Notes: generated by a model not told the origin, from the letters alone. DNA of 52,793 nt, filler included, from Catajapyx aquilonaris (GCA_000934665.2; 3 parts of 3 records of this genome joined end to end with filler, not necessarily neighbours in it), one strand, 5' to 3'. Numbered from the whole stretch's first letter, positions 23,546 to 35,270 are shown. Made by a program: numbers and translations.

Positions 23546-24178
23546 ATTATCACAAAAAACAATTCCTATGGAATTGTAAAAAAGGGAAGTAAGATCTAAA
23601 TGACGGATAGAAATTACGGAAACAAGACTGGGCTGCGTAAGATCTTCACCATATGGGTAAATGTAACCCAGAGATCTTACTTCCGCATTTAACGTTTTAC
23701 AAGATGTCAGGTTAGAAATTGTCTAAAAGATCCAGAGTCTAATAAACCATTCTGTTAACAAATTAAAATCCTAGCCCCCCAACTAATCGATTAACCAATA
23801 AATCAATCAACCTACCAGCACCTCATTCAATCAATGGAACAACAAAGAAAAAATCAACCCTCCGAACAACCAATCTCCAACCAACCAGACAAGTAATCAC
23901 TCACTGTTAGCAAGTCATAAGTATTAACCAATCATCATTCAAAAAACCAGCCTATAAACCCTTGGGAATACTATTCTCAGCCCTACAATCAGCACAAAGA
24001 TGACTTGATCAACACCATCTTGTAAAAGGTTAAATGCGGAAGTAAGATCTCTGGGTTACATTTACCCATATGGTGAAGATCTTACGCAGCCCAGTCTTGT
24101 TTCCGTAATTTCTATCCGTCATTTAGATCTTACTTCCCTTTTTTTTACAATTCCATAGGAATTGTTTTTTGTGATAAT
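23546..24178. repeat. Inverted repeat, ~160-bp arms with ~310-bp spacer
   Basis: 23546-23707 is the near-perfect reverse complement of 24017-24178. Confidence 0.9.
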
Positions 24179-25534
24179 CGTAAGGGGCCATCAATAAGCA
24201 ATATCAAAATTAAAGTTTTGGGCGCCATCTGTGACTTTAAATTTTTGGATTTTTCAATTTTGAGTGAGACCATCTCCTGGAGCATAAAAATACCTTTCGC
24301 ATACGCATATCAAATATAAGATGTGACATGAGCTTCTCCGAGTTATCGTCCACCAAATGAGGTGACTATATTACGGGAGGCGTTTGGAACCAAAAAAGTT
24401 ATTATTGTCGGCAAATATCGAAAAATGGTTCTCAGTATTTTTCGGAAATGTGAAGTAAACATTTCCCTTGTCATTTTAAGTGTCATTCAAAAGAAGTGGT
24501 AGGGGGCCATTAATAAGCAATGTCAAAATCAAAGTTTTTGGCGCCATCTTTGACCTTACATTTTTGGATTTCTTAAATATGAACACGACCATCTCATAGA
24601 GCGTAACATGCCCCTTCGAATGCACATATCAAATGTTATATTTGAACTGACCTTCTAGGAGATATGGCCGTCAAAGTGACCGCGAACGTAGCAAAAATGC
24701 TCGAAAATGGGCACATTTGACACCCTGTGGTTATGCAACCACGCAACGCAGAGGGATAATAATTTGGATTCCTGCTCAGGTCGATGGGTAGTACATGTCA
24801 CTTAATTTTGGTCATGTCCTCAAAGATTTGTCGGAAGGGGCTCCGCTTGACGTGGAATGCCTCATATAATTATATACAGAGTGTCCCTAAATGATTGTCA
24901 ACATTTGAAAGTTGTTTAATTTCTATTAGTTGTGGTGTACAATGACAAGACAGACAGAACTAAAGAGCACATTTGGGAGTTTTTATTGCACACACTACAT
25001 GTTCTTAATATGAGCACCTTTCGTCACACGACATGATAGTCCAATTCTCTACACAGGCCGGCATGTCTGGTGTGATTGATTCCAAAGCAGCAACAATGCT
25101 GCGTTTCATCTCACACATGCTGGTAGGTAGCCGTGGTACGAAGACCTGGCCCTTTACATATACCCCCAGAGGAAAAAAGTCACATGGGGTGAGGTCGGGA
25201 GACCTTGGCGGCCACTGGAGAAAACCCAGATCTTGCTGACCGGCATGTCCGATCCGCCGATCCTTGCCCTTGCAAAGGCATCCCGTCGTCTGAAACTTCT
25301 GGAACCACCGTTGAATTATTGTCGGGAGGGGCATAACGTCGTCCGTACTGTCGCGGGAAGGCCTGCTGAACAGTAACTACCGAACCAAGCTTTGCAAACT
25401 GCAGGACACTGAACGTTTTCAGTTCGAGAGACACCATTTTATGGAGTGGCCCTGTGTGCCTCGCGTCAAAGTGCGGAACCAACTTTTCTGTGTGCAATAA
25501 AAACTCCCAAATGTGGTCTTTCGTTCTATGTATG

Positions 25535-25704
25535 TGTTGTGTCCTGTAATTATTGTAACCAGTTGCCAGACAACTGTGACTTGCTTGTCTTGTTATAGGA
25601 ACAGACCAAGTAGCTGGTCTGTTCTCGAGCACCAGTCGTATTCGTGTAATACACCTGTTTAGTTCATCACCTGAGTCCTTCTTACCAGCCGTCCATACAC
25701 AACA
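25535..25704 (+). repeat. 5' LTR
   Basis: tgttgtgtcc...catacacaaca; differs at 2 positions from the reconstructed 3' LTR (29442-29536 + 32100-32174). Confidence 0.92.
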
Positions 25705-25708
25705 TTTC

Positions 25709-25726
25709 TGGCGACGAGGATGGGAT
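25709..25726 (+). promoter_or_regulatory. Primer-binding site complementary to the tRNA-Ser(GCT) 3' end
   Basis: TGGCGACGAGGATGGGAT just after the LTR; reverse complement ATCCCATCCTCGTCGCCA. Confidence 0.8.
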
Positions 25727-25812
25727 CCATGACGGGATCTGACGGCTACGTGTGGGTAAGAAGGTTCTAGTTTTCCACAACGTGGAAAGAATTTTCACCT
25801 AGAGGCTAGTGT

Positions 25813-26562
25813 TTGTTGGTAACCATGGCCCCTGGTATGGTGAAGCCCCTGGAGTCTTTCGTACCTGGAACGGCGGCGAACTGGACTCTGTACGAAGAGA
25901 GATGCCAGATTTTCTTCAGGGCAGCCAAAATAAAGGATGAACAACAGAAAGGTGACCTGTTCCTGTCAATGTGTGGAGCAGATACCTATGCTTTACTCAG
26001 GTCACTCATGAGCCCTACCTCACCAATTGGAGCCAGTTACTCCACTATCGTAGAGACACTTAGAAGGCACTACGTACCTGCCCCTTCACCTATTGTGGAA
26101 CGGTTCCACTTGCATAAGAGGGACCAAAAGGTGGGGGAAGAAGTTGCTCAGTACGTTGCAGAACTTCGAAGGTTGTCGGCCAATTGTGATTATGGTGAGA
26201 TGTTGGAGGAGATGCTCAGAGACAGATTTGTGTGGGGCCTGAGAGACCAGGCCACACAGGTGCGTTTGTTGGGAGAAGCCAACTTGACCTTCAACAAGGC
26301 CGTGGACATCGCCACTGCAGCAGAGGCAGCTGGGATAAATGTGAAACAGTTGCGTTCGCAGTCCACCATGGAGTCAGAGGTGCACCAGATAAGAGGAAGG
26401 CCGGATGTCCAGAAGCCTATAGTTAGGTGTTTTCGTTGCGGCTCCACTAATCACCATGGCAACACATGTTGGGCCAAGGAGGTGAGCTGTAATCTATGTG
26501 GAAAAAATGGTCATATAGCCAAGGTCTGCAAGTCAAAAAGGGCAATAGTGAGAAACCCATGA
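25813..26562 (+). CDS. gag: Gag with two CCHC zinc knuckles
   Basis: NWTLYEER...LRDRFVWGL...CFRCGSTNHHGNTC...CNLCGKNGHIAKVC. Confidence 0.85.
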   Translation: MLVTMAPGMVKPLESFVPGTAANWTLYEERCQIFFRAAKIKDEQQKGDLFLSMCGADTYALLRSLMSPTSPIGASYSTIVETLRRHYVPAPSPIVERFHLHKRDQKVGEEVAQYVAELRRLSANCDYGEMLEEMLRDRFVWGLRDQATQVRLLGEANLTFNKAVDIATAAEAAGINVKQLRSQSTMESEVHQIRGRPDVQKPIVRCFRCGSTNHHGNTCWAKEVSCNLCGKNGHIAKVCKSKRAIVRNP

Positions 26563-29393
26563 AGAAGGCGGCAGGTTATGGAAAATCTTCCAGCAAGGCG
26601 GTCCAATCGTTGGAAGAGGCAGTAAACACAGTCACTATTTTCAATGTGGATGCTGTGACAAGACATCCTGCGCCAATGAAGGTGAATCTAGTGATAGCCG
26701 GGAAGTCAACAGAGATGGAAGTTGACTCCGGAGCAGCCTGTAGCGTAATAGATTACTTGTATTTCAAGAAGAAGTGGCCCAATCGGGAATGTGAATTACG
26801 TCCACTAGACTTCCAGTTACGAACGTGGTCACAACACCAGTTGGAGGTTGCTGGCTGTTGGAAGGTGGCAGTTGTTCACAAAGGCCAGCAACATGAACTC
26901 CCATTAGTAGTGGCAAAATCAGGTGGACCATGTTTGATGGGACGGAGCTGGTTTCATCCGTTGGGAATACAAGTGATGGGAGTAAACCTGATTGCAGGGG
27001 TGAGTCCAGTCCGGAGTGAATATCCAGAACTGTTCTCTGGAAATCTGGGTCATGCTGTGGGCCCACCGGTGTCCATAGCAATAGATGCTCAAGTCCAGCC
27101 AGTGTTTTGTAAGAGTCGTTCGGTTCCGTTTGCCCTTAAAGATGAAGTGGCAGCGGAGCTGGACCGTTTGGTGAAGATAGGGACGTTGACCCCCTGTCGT
27201 CATTCAAAGTAGGCTACACCTATCGTTCCTGTCAGAAAAGGATATGGTGGAATTCGACTTTGCGGTGACTATAAGGCTACAGTCAACAAGGCGATTTTGA
27301 TGGATCACTACACCCTTCCTACAGTGGGAGAACTTTTGGCAACCTTGGGTGGTTCAGTGATTTTTTCAAAGTTGGATCTGGCTGAGGCATACACTCAGTT
27401 GGAACTGGACGAGGCATCCAAGGAGATTCTAACCCTGAACACGCAGAAAGGATTGTTCAGAGTGAACAGACTACCGTTTGGCATTGCTTCGGCACCAAGC
27501 ATTTTTCAACGGTACATGGACACTCTACTAGTGGGCGTGGACGGTGTCAGTGTGTACCTTGACGACATCCTGGTAGGTGGAAAGGTTCAAGAGGAACATG
27601 ACCAGTGCCTACGGGAGGTCCTCAAGCGACTCCAGTCGGCGGGGTTGCGGTTGAACGCAGGGAAATGCCAGTGGAAGATGCAGGAGGTGGAGTTCTTGGG
27701 TTTCAAGGTGGACAAGTTGGGGATCCATCCTACTCAAGAAAAGGTACAGGCTATACACAACGCTCCTGCACCGAAGAACAAGACGGAGTTGCAGTCGTGG
27801 CTAGGACTATTGAACTACTACGGTTGTTTCCTGCCACAGAGGGCTACTGTGTTAGAGCCTCTGCACCGTCTACTAGACGCGAAGATGCCATTCAAGTGGG
27901 GAAAGGCGGAACAGAATGGGTTCCAGGCAGCAAAGGCGCTGTTGCAGTCATCAACGTTGTTGACTCATTACGACCCAGAGAAGCCCCTGGTGGTATGTTG
28001 TGACGCATCACCTTATGGACTGGGGGCGGTGTTGGCTCACACAATGCCAAACGGATCCGAGGCACCAATAGCATTTGCTTCGCGTACGCTCTCAGACACA
28101 GAGCGTCGCTATGCCCAAATAGACAAAGAGGGTGCAGCCATGATTTTTGCAGTTAAGAAGTTCTACCAATACCTTGCCGGTCGGAAATTTACCATAGTGA
28201 CAGACCACAAGCCTTTGTTGGGACTGCTGCACCCAACGAAGCCGATTCCACAGATGGTTTCACCAAGGATGTTGCGTTGGAGCTTGTTGTTGGGAGCATA
28301 CAATTACTCATTGGTCCATCGCCCAGGCAAGAATCTGGCTAATGCAGATGCCCTGAGTCGTCTTCCTCTGCCTGCAGAAAGTGACACAGCTTTTGACCCT
28401 CCGGAGGTGCTGATGTTGCAGCTGGACAAGCCACCACTACAAGTGGATCAAATCGCGAAATGGACCAGAAATGATCCAGTACTGGGACGGGTGCTGCAGT
28501 GGTCGCAGCATGGTTGGCCTGTTGGGAACTCAGAAGAGGAGTTCCGGCCTTACGTAACCAGGAAAGATGAAATAACAGTAGTAAGAGGAGTCCTGTTGTG
28601 GGGGTCTCGGACAATTATTCCGAAGAAGGGCAAGGGAAAGATTCTAAAAACTCTTCATGCTGATCACAAGGGAATAGTGAGGACAAAGGCACAGGCACGA
28701 AGTTACGTGTGGTGGCCGGGTCTGGACAAGGACATTGAAGTTACAATTAAAAGTTGTCCTACTTGTCAAGAGTTCCGTCCAGATCCTGTGAAGGCCCCTA
28801 TCCAGTGCTGGCCTTGGCCAGAGAAACCGTGGCAAAGAATTCATATAGACTTTGCAGGCCCTTACCATGGTAGGATATTTTTTCTGGCGGTGGGTGCACA
28901 TTCCAAGTGGTTGGAAGTACAGCAGGTGTCATCCATCTCATCAGAAGCTGCCATCAAGGCACTGCGGAAGATGTTCGCATGTTTCGGATTTCCACAGGTT
29001 GTGGTAAGTGACAATGGAACAACGTTCACTTCCACGGAATTCCAGCAATTCCGTGGAAGTGAACGTTGTTCCATTGTCACTTACCACAACCTGTGGCAAT
29101 CCGAAACATGCGAACATCTTCCACCAGAAGACCAAGGAACTAATGAAGCAGTTCCGAGGGCGAACTCAGCAGTGAGAGGAGCAGCGGACGTCCATCGACC
29201 AGAACATCTCCATGGGTCATTGTTTCCGGACCAACAACCGAGTTATTCAGATGGCCGCATCGCAGAAGAGATCCAGGACCCGCAGTCGGACTCCGTGGCC
29301 GAATCAGCAGAGGAGCCACACCCTGGTCGTCCAGAGCTGCGTCGGAGAGGAAGGGTCACCAGACGACCACCACCCCTACAGGACTACGTCTAG
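26496..29393 (+). pseudogene. pol: Pol (protease, RT, RNase H, truncated integrase)
   Basis: EVDSGA protease; in-frame TAG at 27210 (SK*ATP, W expected); [19 protein letters not shown] RNase H; HHCC and IHIDFAGP...SDNG integrase with the rest of the core missing. Confidence 0.9.
28966..29122. repeat. 76-bp inverted duplication (hairpin) inside integrase
   Basis: Arms 28966-29041 and 29047-29122, 5-nt loop, one mismatch. Confidence 0.95.
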
Positions 29394-29536
29394 TCAAATT
29401 GTGGAAGATGGTTCCTGACCTTTGTTCTGGGGGGGAAGGAGTGTTGTGTCCTGTAATTATTGTAACCAGTTGCCAGACAACTGTGACTTGTTTGTCTTGT
29501 TATAGGAACAGACCAAGTAGCTGGTCTGTTCTCGAG

Positions 29537-31829
29537 GCATAATTTCCTTATCCACATAGGTTGGCGAGCCGATGCCGAATCCAAGAGCTTCGGCAAAATG
29601 CCGCCAGGTGGCTGCAAATAAAAAAGGACAAAATGCGGGTTTTGCGATGGCGCGCGTTGCATATACTTATAATTTTAACAGCAACCATTTAGCCCGCTAT
29701 TATGGGCAGCATATTGACCATAACATATAAAACATAATTATTATTATGTCTTTGCGCGGCAGATTTGAATGCGCCAAGACTGATTTCCTTCTTACTCCAC
29801 CTGCAACGCGGGTTCCGGTGCGACAAACGGTCGTGTCATTGGTGACCCAAGGTGATGCCATGCCCACGTGATGTCCAGGTGATGCCATGTTAATATTCAG
29901 ATCACATAACACCCAATTTCCGAACACCTCGAGGTCGTGTTTGCAGCGCACCATCGCAGGCAGACCCACTTTATATTGTTGTAAAAGGCAGAGGAACTTT
30001 AACACATGATTTGCAACATTTTTCCAATAATATCCTTATTTTCTTACTCTCAATGGCCCACCGAAACATTTTTGAATCAATGCATGTAGATAAGGAATGC
30101 GGCCTAACTTTGTGTTTCCCGACCGGTGTGGCATAGCCATGCTCTTTTGACGATTGCGGTTGGCCTTTGGGCCTCCCTAACCTCAAAATCACAACGTGCA
30201 TCAGGATGATCGACAACACCTTATGATGCGGTTCAGGGAAATGCTCTATGGCACTTCAGAAGAGGAATTGTTGGAAAAGTATGCCGACTTTCAGGTAGAT
30301 CCCCAAGTCTCTAAGTACCCAACATTCCTGCGTTACATAGCCCTCATGTGGCTGATTGTCCTGGCATGTTGGCAAATGTGTGCAAGCCGGACACAAACCC
30401 TGACTGGGTTCGGCAATATAATGACATGCTTTTACCGAGTTTCAACATTGCCTCTTCAAAGGTTTTTGGATCATCCTTCATCAAGGCATCCAACTTGTCA
30501 TTGAATTGGTTACGAAAGCATAGTGCTTCATGTGATATTGCATGTGCCTCTCTTTCAAATGCTCCACCTTCTACATCTACTGATGTAGTCTCTTCATTTT
30601 CTTGTGACGCTGGCGCTCCTGTCAAGGGGGTTAGTGTTTGTTCTTCTAGAGGCGACTTTTTTAAGTGCGGGTTGAGCCAACCCTTTCGTGGCTCGAGTCC
30701 ATATGCTACCTTGAGCATCATATGTTGTACAGTTGTATTTGCTTCATTGTGTGGTTCATATCGCTTCGGAAACTTCTGCATGATACCTGACATGTGCTTG
30801 CAAAGTGCCCCAGTTCTTCCCTGATGACATTCACAAGAAAATACTTCCATGTTGACCAGGTACATGGTGCTAGGGTTGGTTTCACTAGGTACCGCATACA
30901 AGTGTGAGCCAAGGTCCATTATTTTTTCACTAGGAATTGCTCCTCGAGGTGGCAGAAACCTCCGAAGCTGCGACTTTGGGAACCGAGAATGGGCGAAATC
31001 AATCAATTTGGCCTGAATGAAGGGGCCATACTTAGTTATAATGAAATCGATGAGTTGAATAACATTATAGGTCTTAACTCGCTTTAAAATGCAATCTTTG
31101 AGTATCTTGAATGTGACTTCAACATAATTGTTGGTGTGTGTACCCCTCAACAACAAATTATTCCTGCATGCCAATGCCCACTTCTCCCTTCTCTCCCACA
31201 TGAGGGCTATGTAACGCAGGAATGATGGGTACTTAGAGACTTGGGGATCTACCTGAAAGTCGGCATACTTTTCCAACAATTCCTCTTCTGAAGTGCCATA
31301 GAGCATTTCCCTGAACCGCATCATAAGGTGTTGTCGATCATCCTGATGCACGTTGTGATTTTGAGGTTAGGGCGGCCCAAAGGCCAACCGCAATCGTCAA
31401 AAGAGCATGGCTATGCCTCACCGGTCGGGAAACACAAAGTTAGGCCGCATTCCTTATCTACATGCATTGATTCAAAAATGTTTCGGTGGGCCATTGAGAG
31501 TAAGAAAATAAGGATATTATTGGAAAAATGTTGCAAATCATGTGTTAAAGTTCCTCTGCCTTTTACAACAATATAAAGTGGGTCTGCCTGCGATGGTGCG
31601 CTGCAAACACGACCTCGAGGTGTTCGGAAATTTTGGTAAGGGCATGTTTTATTTATTCCACCGGGTGTTATGTGATCTGAATATTAACATGGCATCACCT
31701 GGACATCACGTGGGCATGGCATCACCTTGGGTCACCAATGACATGACCGTTAGTCGCACCGGAACCCGCGTTGCAGGAGGAGTAAGAAGGAAATCAGTCT
31801 TGGCGCATTCAAATCTGCCGCGCAAAGAC

Positions 31830-31895
<66 letters not shown>

Positions 31896-32090
31896 TTTAA
31901 TTATTATGGTCAATATGCTGCCCATAATAGCGGGCTAAATGGTTGCTGTTAAAATTATAAGTATATGCAACGCGCGCCATCGCAAAACCCGCATTTTGTC
32001 ATTTTTTATTTGCAGCCACCTGGCGGCATTTTGCCGAAGCTCTTGGATTCGGCATCGGCTTGCCAACCTATGTGGATAAGGAAATTATGC
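29537..32090. mobile_element. Mutator/MULE-type element with ~0.8-0.9-kb inverted arms, inserted in the 3' LTR
   Basis: 9-bp TSD GTTCTCGAG (29528-36, 32091-99); termini GCATAATTTCC...GGAAATTATGC; arms 29537-30351 and ~31197-32090. Confidence 0.9.
30344..31351 (-). pseudogene. MULE/SWIM transposase C-terminal fragment
   Basis: WERREKWALACR...RGTHTNNYVEVTFKILKD; SWIM finger YLVNMEVFSCECHQGRTGALCKH; N-terminal catalytic part absent. Confidence 0.82.
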
Positions 32091-32403
32091 GTTCTCGAGC
32101 ACCAGTCGTATTCTTGTAATACACCTGTTTAGTTCATCACCTGAGTCCTTCTTACCAGCCGTCCATACACAACAGTATGTCTTGTCATTGCACACCGCAT
32201 CTAATAGAAATTAAGCAACTTTCAAAAGTTGACAATCATTTAGGGACACCCTGTATATATTGCAGTGTATACCTGAAAATCAGTGCAGTTTCCGACATTA
32301 TAAGTAGGCGTGTAAGTAGGGAGCCCTTGTTCCGAATTTTAAGTTCTACTTGTGGAATGTTTTTACAGGTTCTGATTTGACTTAAGATTACTACCCAACC
32401 ACC

Positions 32404-33632
32404 TTAAAAATTCATGCTACACATCGCGAGAATGCCTGATTCTAGCACTCTACCTTGGAAATAATAATTAATAAATACCGATTTTAGAGACATCCGAGAA
32501 AGATAAGTCTCATGAAGGTAACTGAGACGAAATAGATATTTATTATATTTATGTGGAGTGATAAAATCAGGCATTATCATTATGTGCAACATGAATATTT
32601 AACTCAACAAATTTGGAGTAATTTTATTGATAATTGAGGTGACTACGTTTACGGTAAGCGTCTGGCAACTAAAATGTTTTTATATTTGGCAATTATCAAA
32701 AAAGGGTACTCCAGGTTTTGCGTAAATCTCAAGTAAACATTACCCTGATTATTTTAAGTGCCATTCAAAAGAAATCGTAGGGGTCGAATATTGATCAATA
32801 TCAAAATCAAAAATTGGCCGTCATCTTTGATTTAAAGTTTTTTGATTCATCCATTTTGAGTATGACCATCTCCTGGAGCATAAAAATACCTTCCGAATAC
32901 ACATATCAAATATAAGATTTGACCTGACCTTCTCCTAGTTATGGTCCTCCAGCAAATGAGGTGAAACCAAAAAAGTTATTATTGTCGGCAAAATGTCGCG
33001 TGATACGGCAGAAAGACCTAAGTGCCATTTTGGGAGGGGTTGAGGAGAAGTTTTTTTTTAATTGACTGTAACTGAGAACTCCCTGGAAATGAGATAATGA
33101 GCTGCATTTTTGACGAAACTATTGTCAAACTGGTCTAGAATAATAAGGCGATGGCACGGAGACATATTAAGGACCCATTTCCTTCGACGAACTTGATTTT
33201 TCCAAATGGCACTTAGGTCTTTCTGCCGTATCACGCGACAAATATCGAAAAAGGGTTCTCCAGATTTTTCGGAAATGTGAAGTAAACATTGCCCTTGTCA
33301 TTTTAAGTGCCATTCAAAAGAAATCGTAGGGGTCCATTCATGACCAATGTCAAAAACAATGTTTTTGGCGCCATCTTTGATTTAAAATATTTGGATTTTT
33401 CAATTTCGAGTATGACCATCTCATAGACTAGAGCGTAAAATTACCTTTCGAATGCACATATCAAATGTTACATTTGACCTGACCTTCTAGGAGATATGGC
33501 CATCTAAGTCACAACGAACGTAGCAAAAATGGCCAAAAACTGGCACATTTAACACCCTGTAGTTATGCAACCACGCCTCCGACAAATCTTTGAAGACCTT
33601 GACCAAAATTTAGTGACATGTACTACTCATCG
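32404..33632. mobile_element. Truncated, diverged copy of the 19968-24863 foldback family
   Basis: Homologous to that element's centre and right arm (ggagcataaaaatacc, ggcgccatctttga, gaacgtagcaaaaatg); terminal ~55 bp locally inverted. Confidence 0.75.
32995..33239. mobile_element. MITE with AAAT TSD (Sola1-like)
   Basis: AAAT|GTCGCGTGATACGGCAGAAAGACCTAAGTGCCATTT...AAATGGCACTTAGGTCTTTCTGCCGTATCACGCGAC|AAAT; empty site gtcggcaaatatcg in the paralog at ~24407. Confidence 0.8.
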
Positions 33633-33694
33633 GCTTTGTGGGGGGTGGTACTCCACCATCAGTTTGTGTGGGTGTGTGTGTGTGTGTGTGTTTA

Positions 33695-34008
33695 TGTCTT
33701 CAATAAGGTGTGGGGACGTAGGTCTGGGTTTCTACTGAAGCTGTGGGGACTAGGCCGCATTGTGGGGACATTTCTCGGTCCCCACAGTGTTTCACACACA
33801 CTGTGTACTATTAGAGTGGGGACATGTGTAAATTAGTGGGGACATGTCCCCACTATTTTCAGTTGTAGGGTTTCCCAAAAGTCAATTTTTCTCAGCCTAG
33901 GTTAGTTAGTTAGTGTAGGGTAGGGTAGGGTAGGTTAGGTTAGGTTAGGTTAGTTTACACTCGCTTCGAAAAGTTGAATTTTCACGTCCCCACGCCTTAG
34001 TGAAGACA
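33695..34008. mobile_element. Non-autonomous TIR element in a (GT)n context with gtggggac subterminal repeats and an internal (taggt)n tract
   Basis: tgtcttcaataaggtgtggggacgt...acgtccccacgccttagtgaagaca. Confidence 0.55.
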
Positions 34009-35170
34009 AGGCTGTGTGTGTGGGTGTGTTTGTATATATATAAACAGACACACTAGAAAACTGATGGTGGTGTACCCCCCCCCCCCCNTAAATAAATAAA
34101 TAAATAAATAAAATAGGGAAATCAAAATCGGTTCAAAAACTCCCTTACCTCCACGACTCATCAGGGAGATAAACGTACACAGGTTGGCGAAATAGGTGAG
34201 ATGTTTATGCAGCCCTGATTATTAACACAACGCAACGTCCATTAGTGATATCACGTTAATATTCCCTAATTGAAGCACCTTTCTCGCCCCCCCCCCTCCC
34301 CTTCAACTAGGCCTATTCCCGACCTGACTCTGACTGCAAATAGTAGTCCTACCAGCAGAAACTCGACAGCTTCAGGTTTTTGAGACACCAGAAATTCTTA
34401 GGCTCATCCAAGTCATGGCGCAACTGATCAGCCATAATATATTGTTGGAGGGAAGTGTGACTTTCAGGAAATGAGTAAAAAAGGTGTTTCCAAGCTTGAT
34501 TCCGGAGGCGCCGGCGCGTCGGGGCCATGTGATCCGAGCCACATGCAAACCATATTTAGTCCCCTGCCCTCCCCCTCCCCCTTACTCACCCAGATCTCCC
34601 ACCAATCCTCCTCCTCCTCCTCACTCACCTTTAGCCTCCCCTCACCCACCTCCTCGATCTATAATGAATGGTCTGAGGGAGGTTTCCCAGGAATATACGG
34701 AACTTGTAGAGTGGTCGATATGCCTACCCCACTCCCCCTATACCCAGCTTTGCTTTCCCAATTCACCCACACACTATGTCCCCAAATGCCTACATTGCTT
34801 ATGAAGTCAAGTGCTCTGAATATTGACACTAGTGTTCATCAAAGTATACTGTATACAGGGTGTTTCTTACTAGTAGGTCAGCCCGCAAGTGGCATATTCC
34901 TTGGCCCAAACCAATTTAAAATGTGTGTGTGTGGGGGGAGGGGGAGAGAGAGAAATACCGACATAGCAACCTGTTACGAGGTAGAGTGGTAGACGACCCG
35001 AAACATTGGCCTGCCCCTAGACACAGGCGGCAACACACACGACGCCTCTTTGTTGGGAGATTTCCTGGTAGATGTACTATGAACCGCACAAAGAATGTCC
35101 GCAAGATTCTTCGTTCATCCTGGCGGCTAGGCAATCCATTGCACAGTGTGTACACACACACGTGTGTGTA

Positions 35171-35270
35171 NNNNNNNNNNNNNNNNNNNNNNNNNNNNNN
35201 NNNNNNNNNNNNNNTTAATTAATTAANNNNNNNNNNNNNNNNNNNNNNNNNNNNNNNNNNNNNNNNNNNN
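35171..35270. other. Assembly gap with artificial TTAATTAATTAA linker
   Basis: 100-nt N block with the same linker as 17538-17637. Confidence 0.95.

Larger units (their letters stand above)
19968..24863. mobile_element. Foldback DNA transposon (possibly Sola-like); ~2-kb palindrome with a ~2.9-kb insertion in its right arm
   Basis: ATAT|GAGGCATTCCACGTCAAGCGG...CCGCTTGACGTGGAATGCCTC|ATAT; left arm 19968-~20935 pairs with ~20960-21245 plus 24178-24863; arms contain a ~330-bp internal subrepeat. Confidence 0.8.
25535..32174 (+). mobile_element. Ty3/gypsy LTR retrotransposon (Mag-like clade), defective
   Basis: GTATG 5-bp TSD (25530-34, 32175-79); TG...CA 170-bp LTRs; PBS; PPT gggggggaaggag at 29429-29441; gag-PR-RT-RH-IN order. 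Confidence 0.95.
24877..32253 (-). mobile_element. Internally deleted Tc1/mariner element (~730 bp own length), interrupted in its right TIR by an LTR retrotransposon
   Basis: TA|CAGAGTGTCCCTAAATGATTGTCAAC...GTTGACAATCATTTAGGGACACCCTG|TA; transposase remnants MVSLELKTFSVLQFAK...VQQAF and QWPPRSPDLTPCDFF at ~25005-25437. Confidence 0.85.

Noticed and set aside
26496..26562. Programmed gag-pol frameshift
   Set aside because: Mag-like elements generally have a single ORF, and this copy has other lesions (TAG at 27210, integrase deletion), so a mutation is more likely; not provable here
31829..31893. Poly-Ile/Asn/Tyr ORFs (also 41809-42415)
   Set aside because: Translations of (AAT)n microsatellites
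33897..33953. (TTAGG)n-like tract as an interstitial arthropod telomere
   Set aside because: Only a few units, mixed with tagt/taggg variants, and internal to a small TIR element
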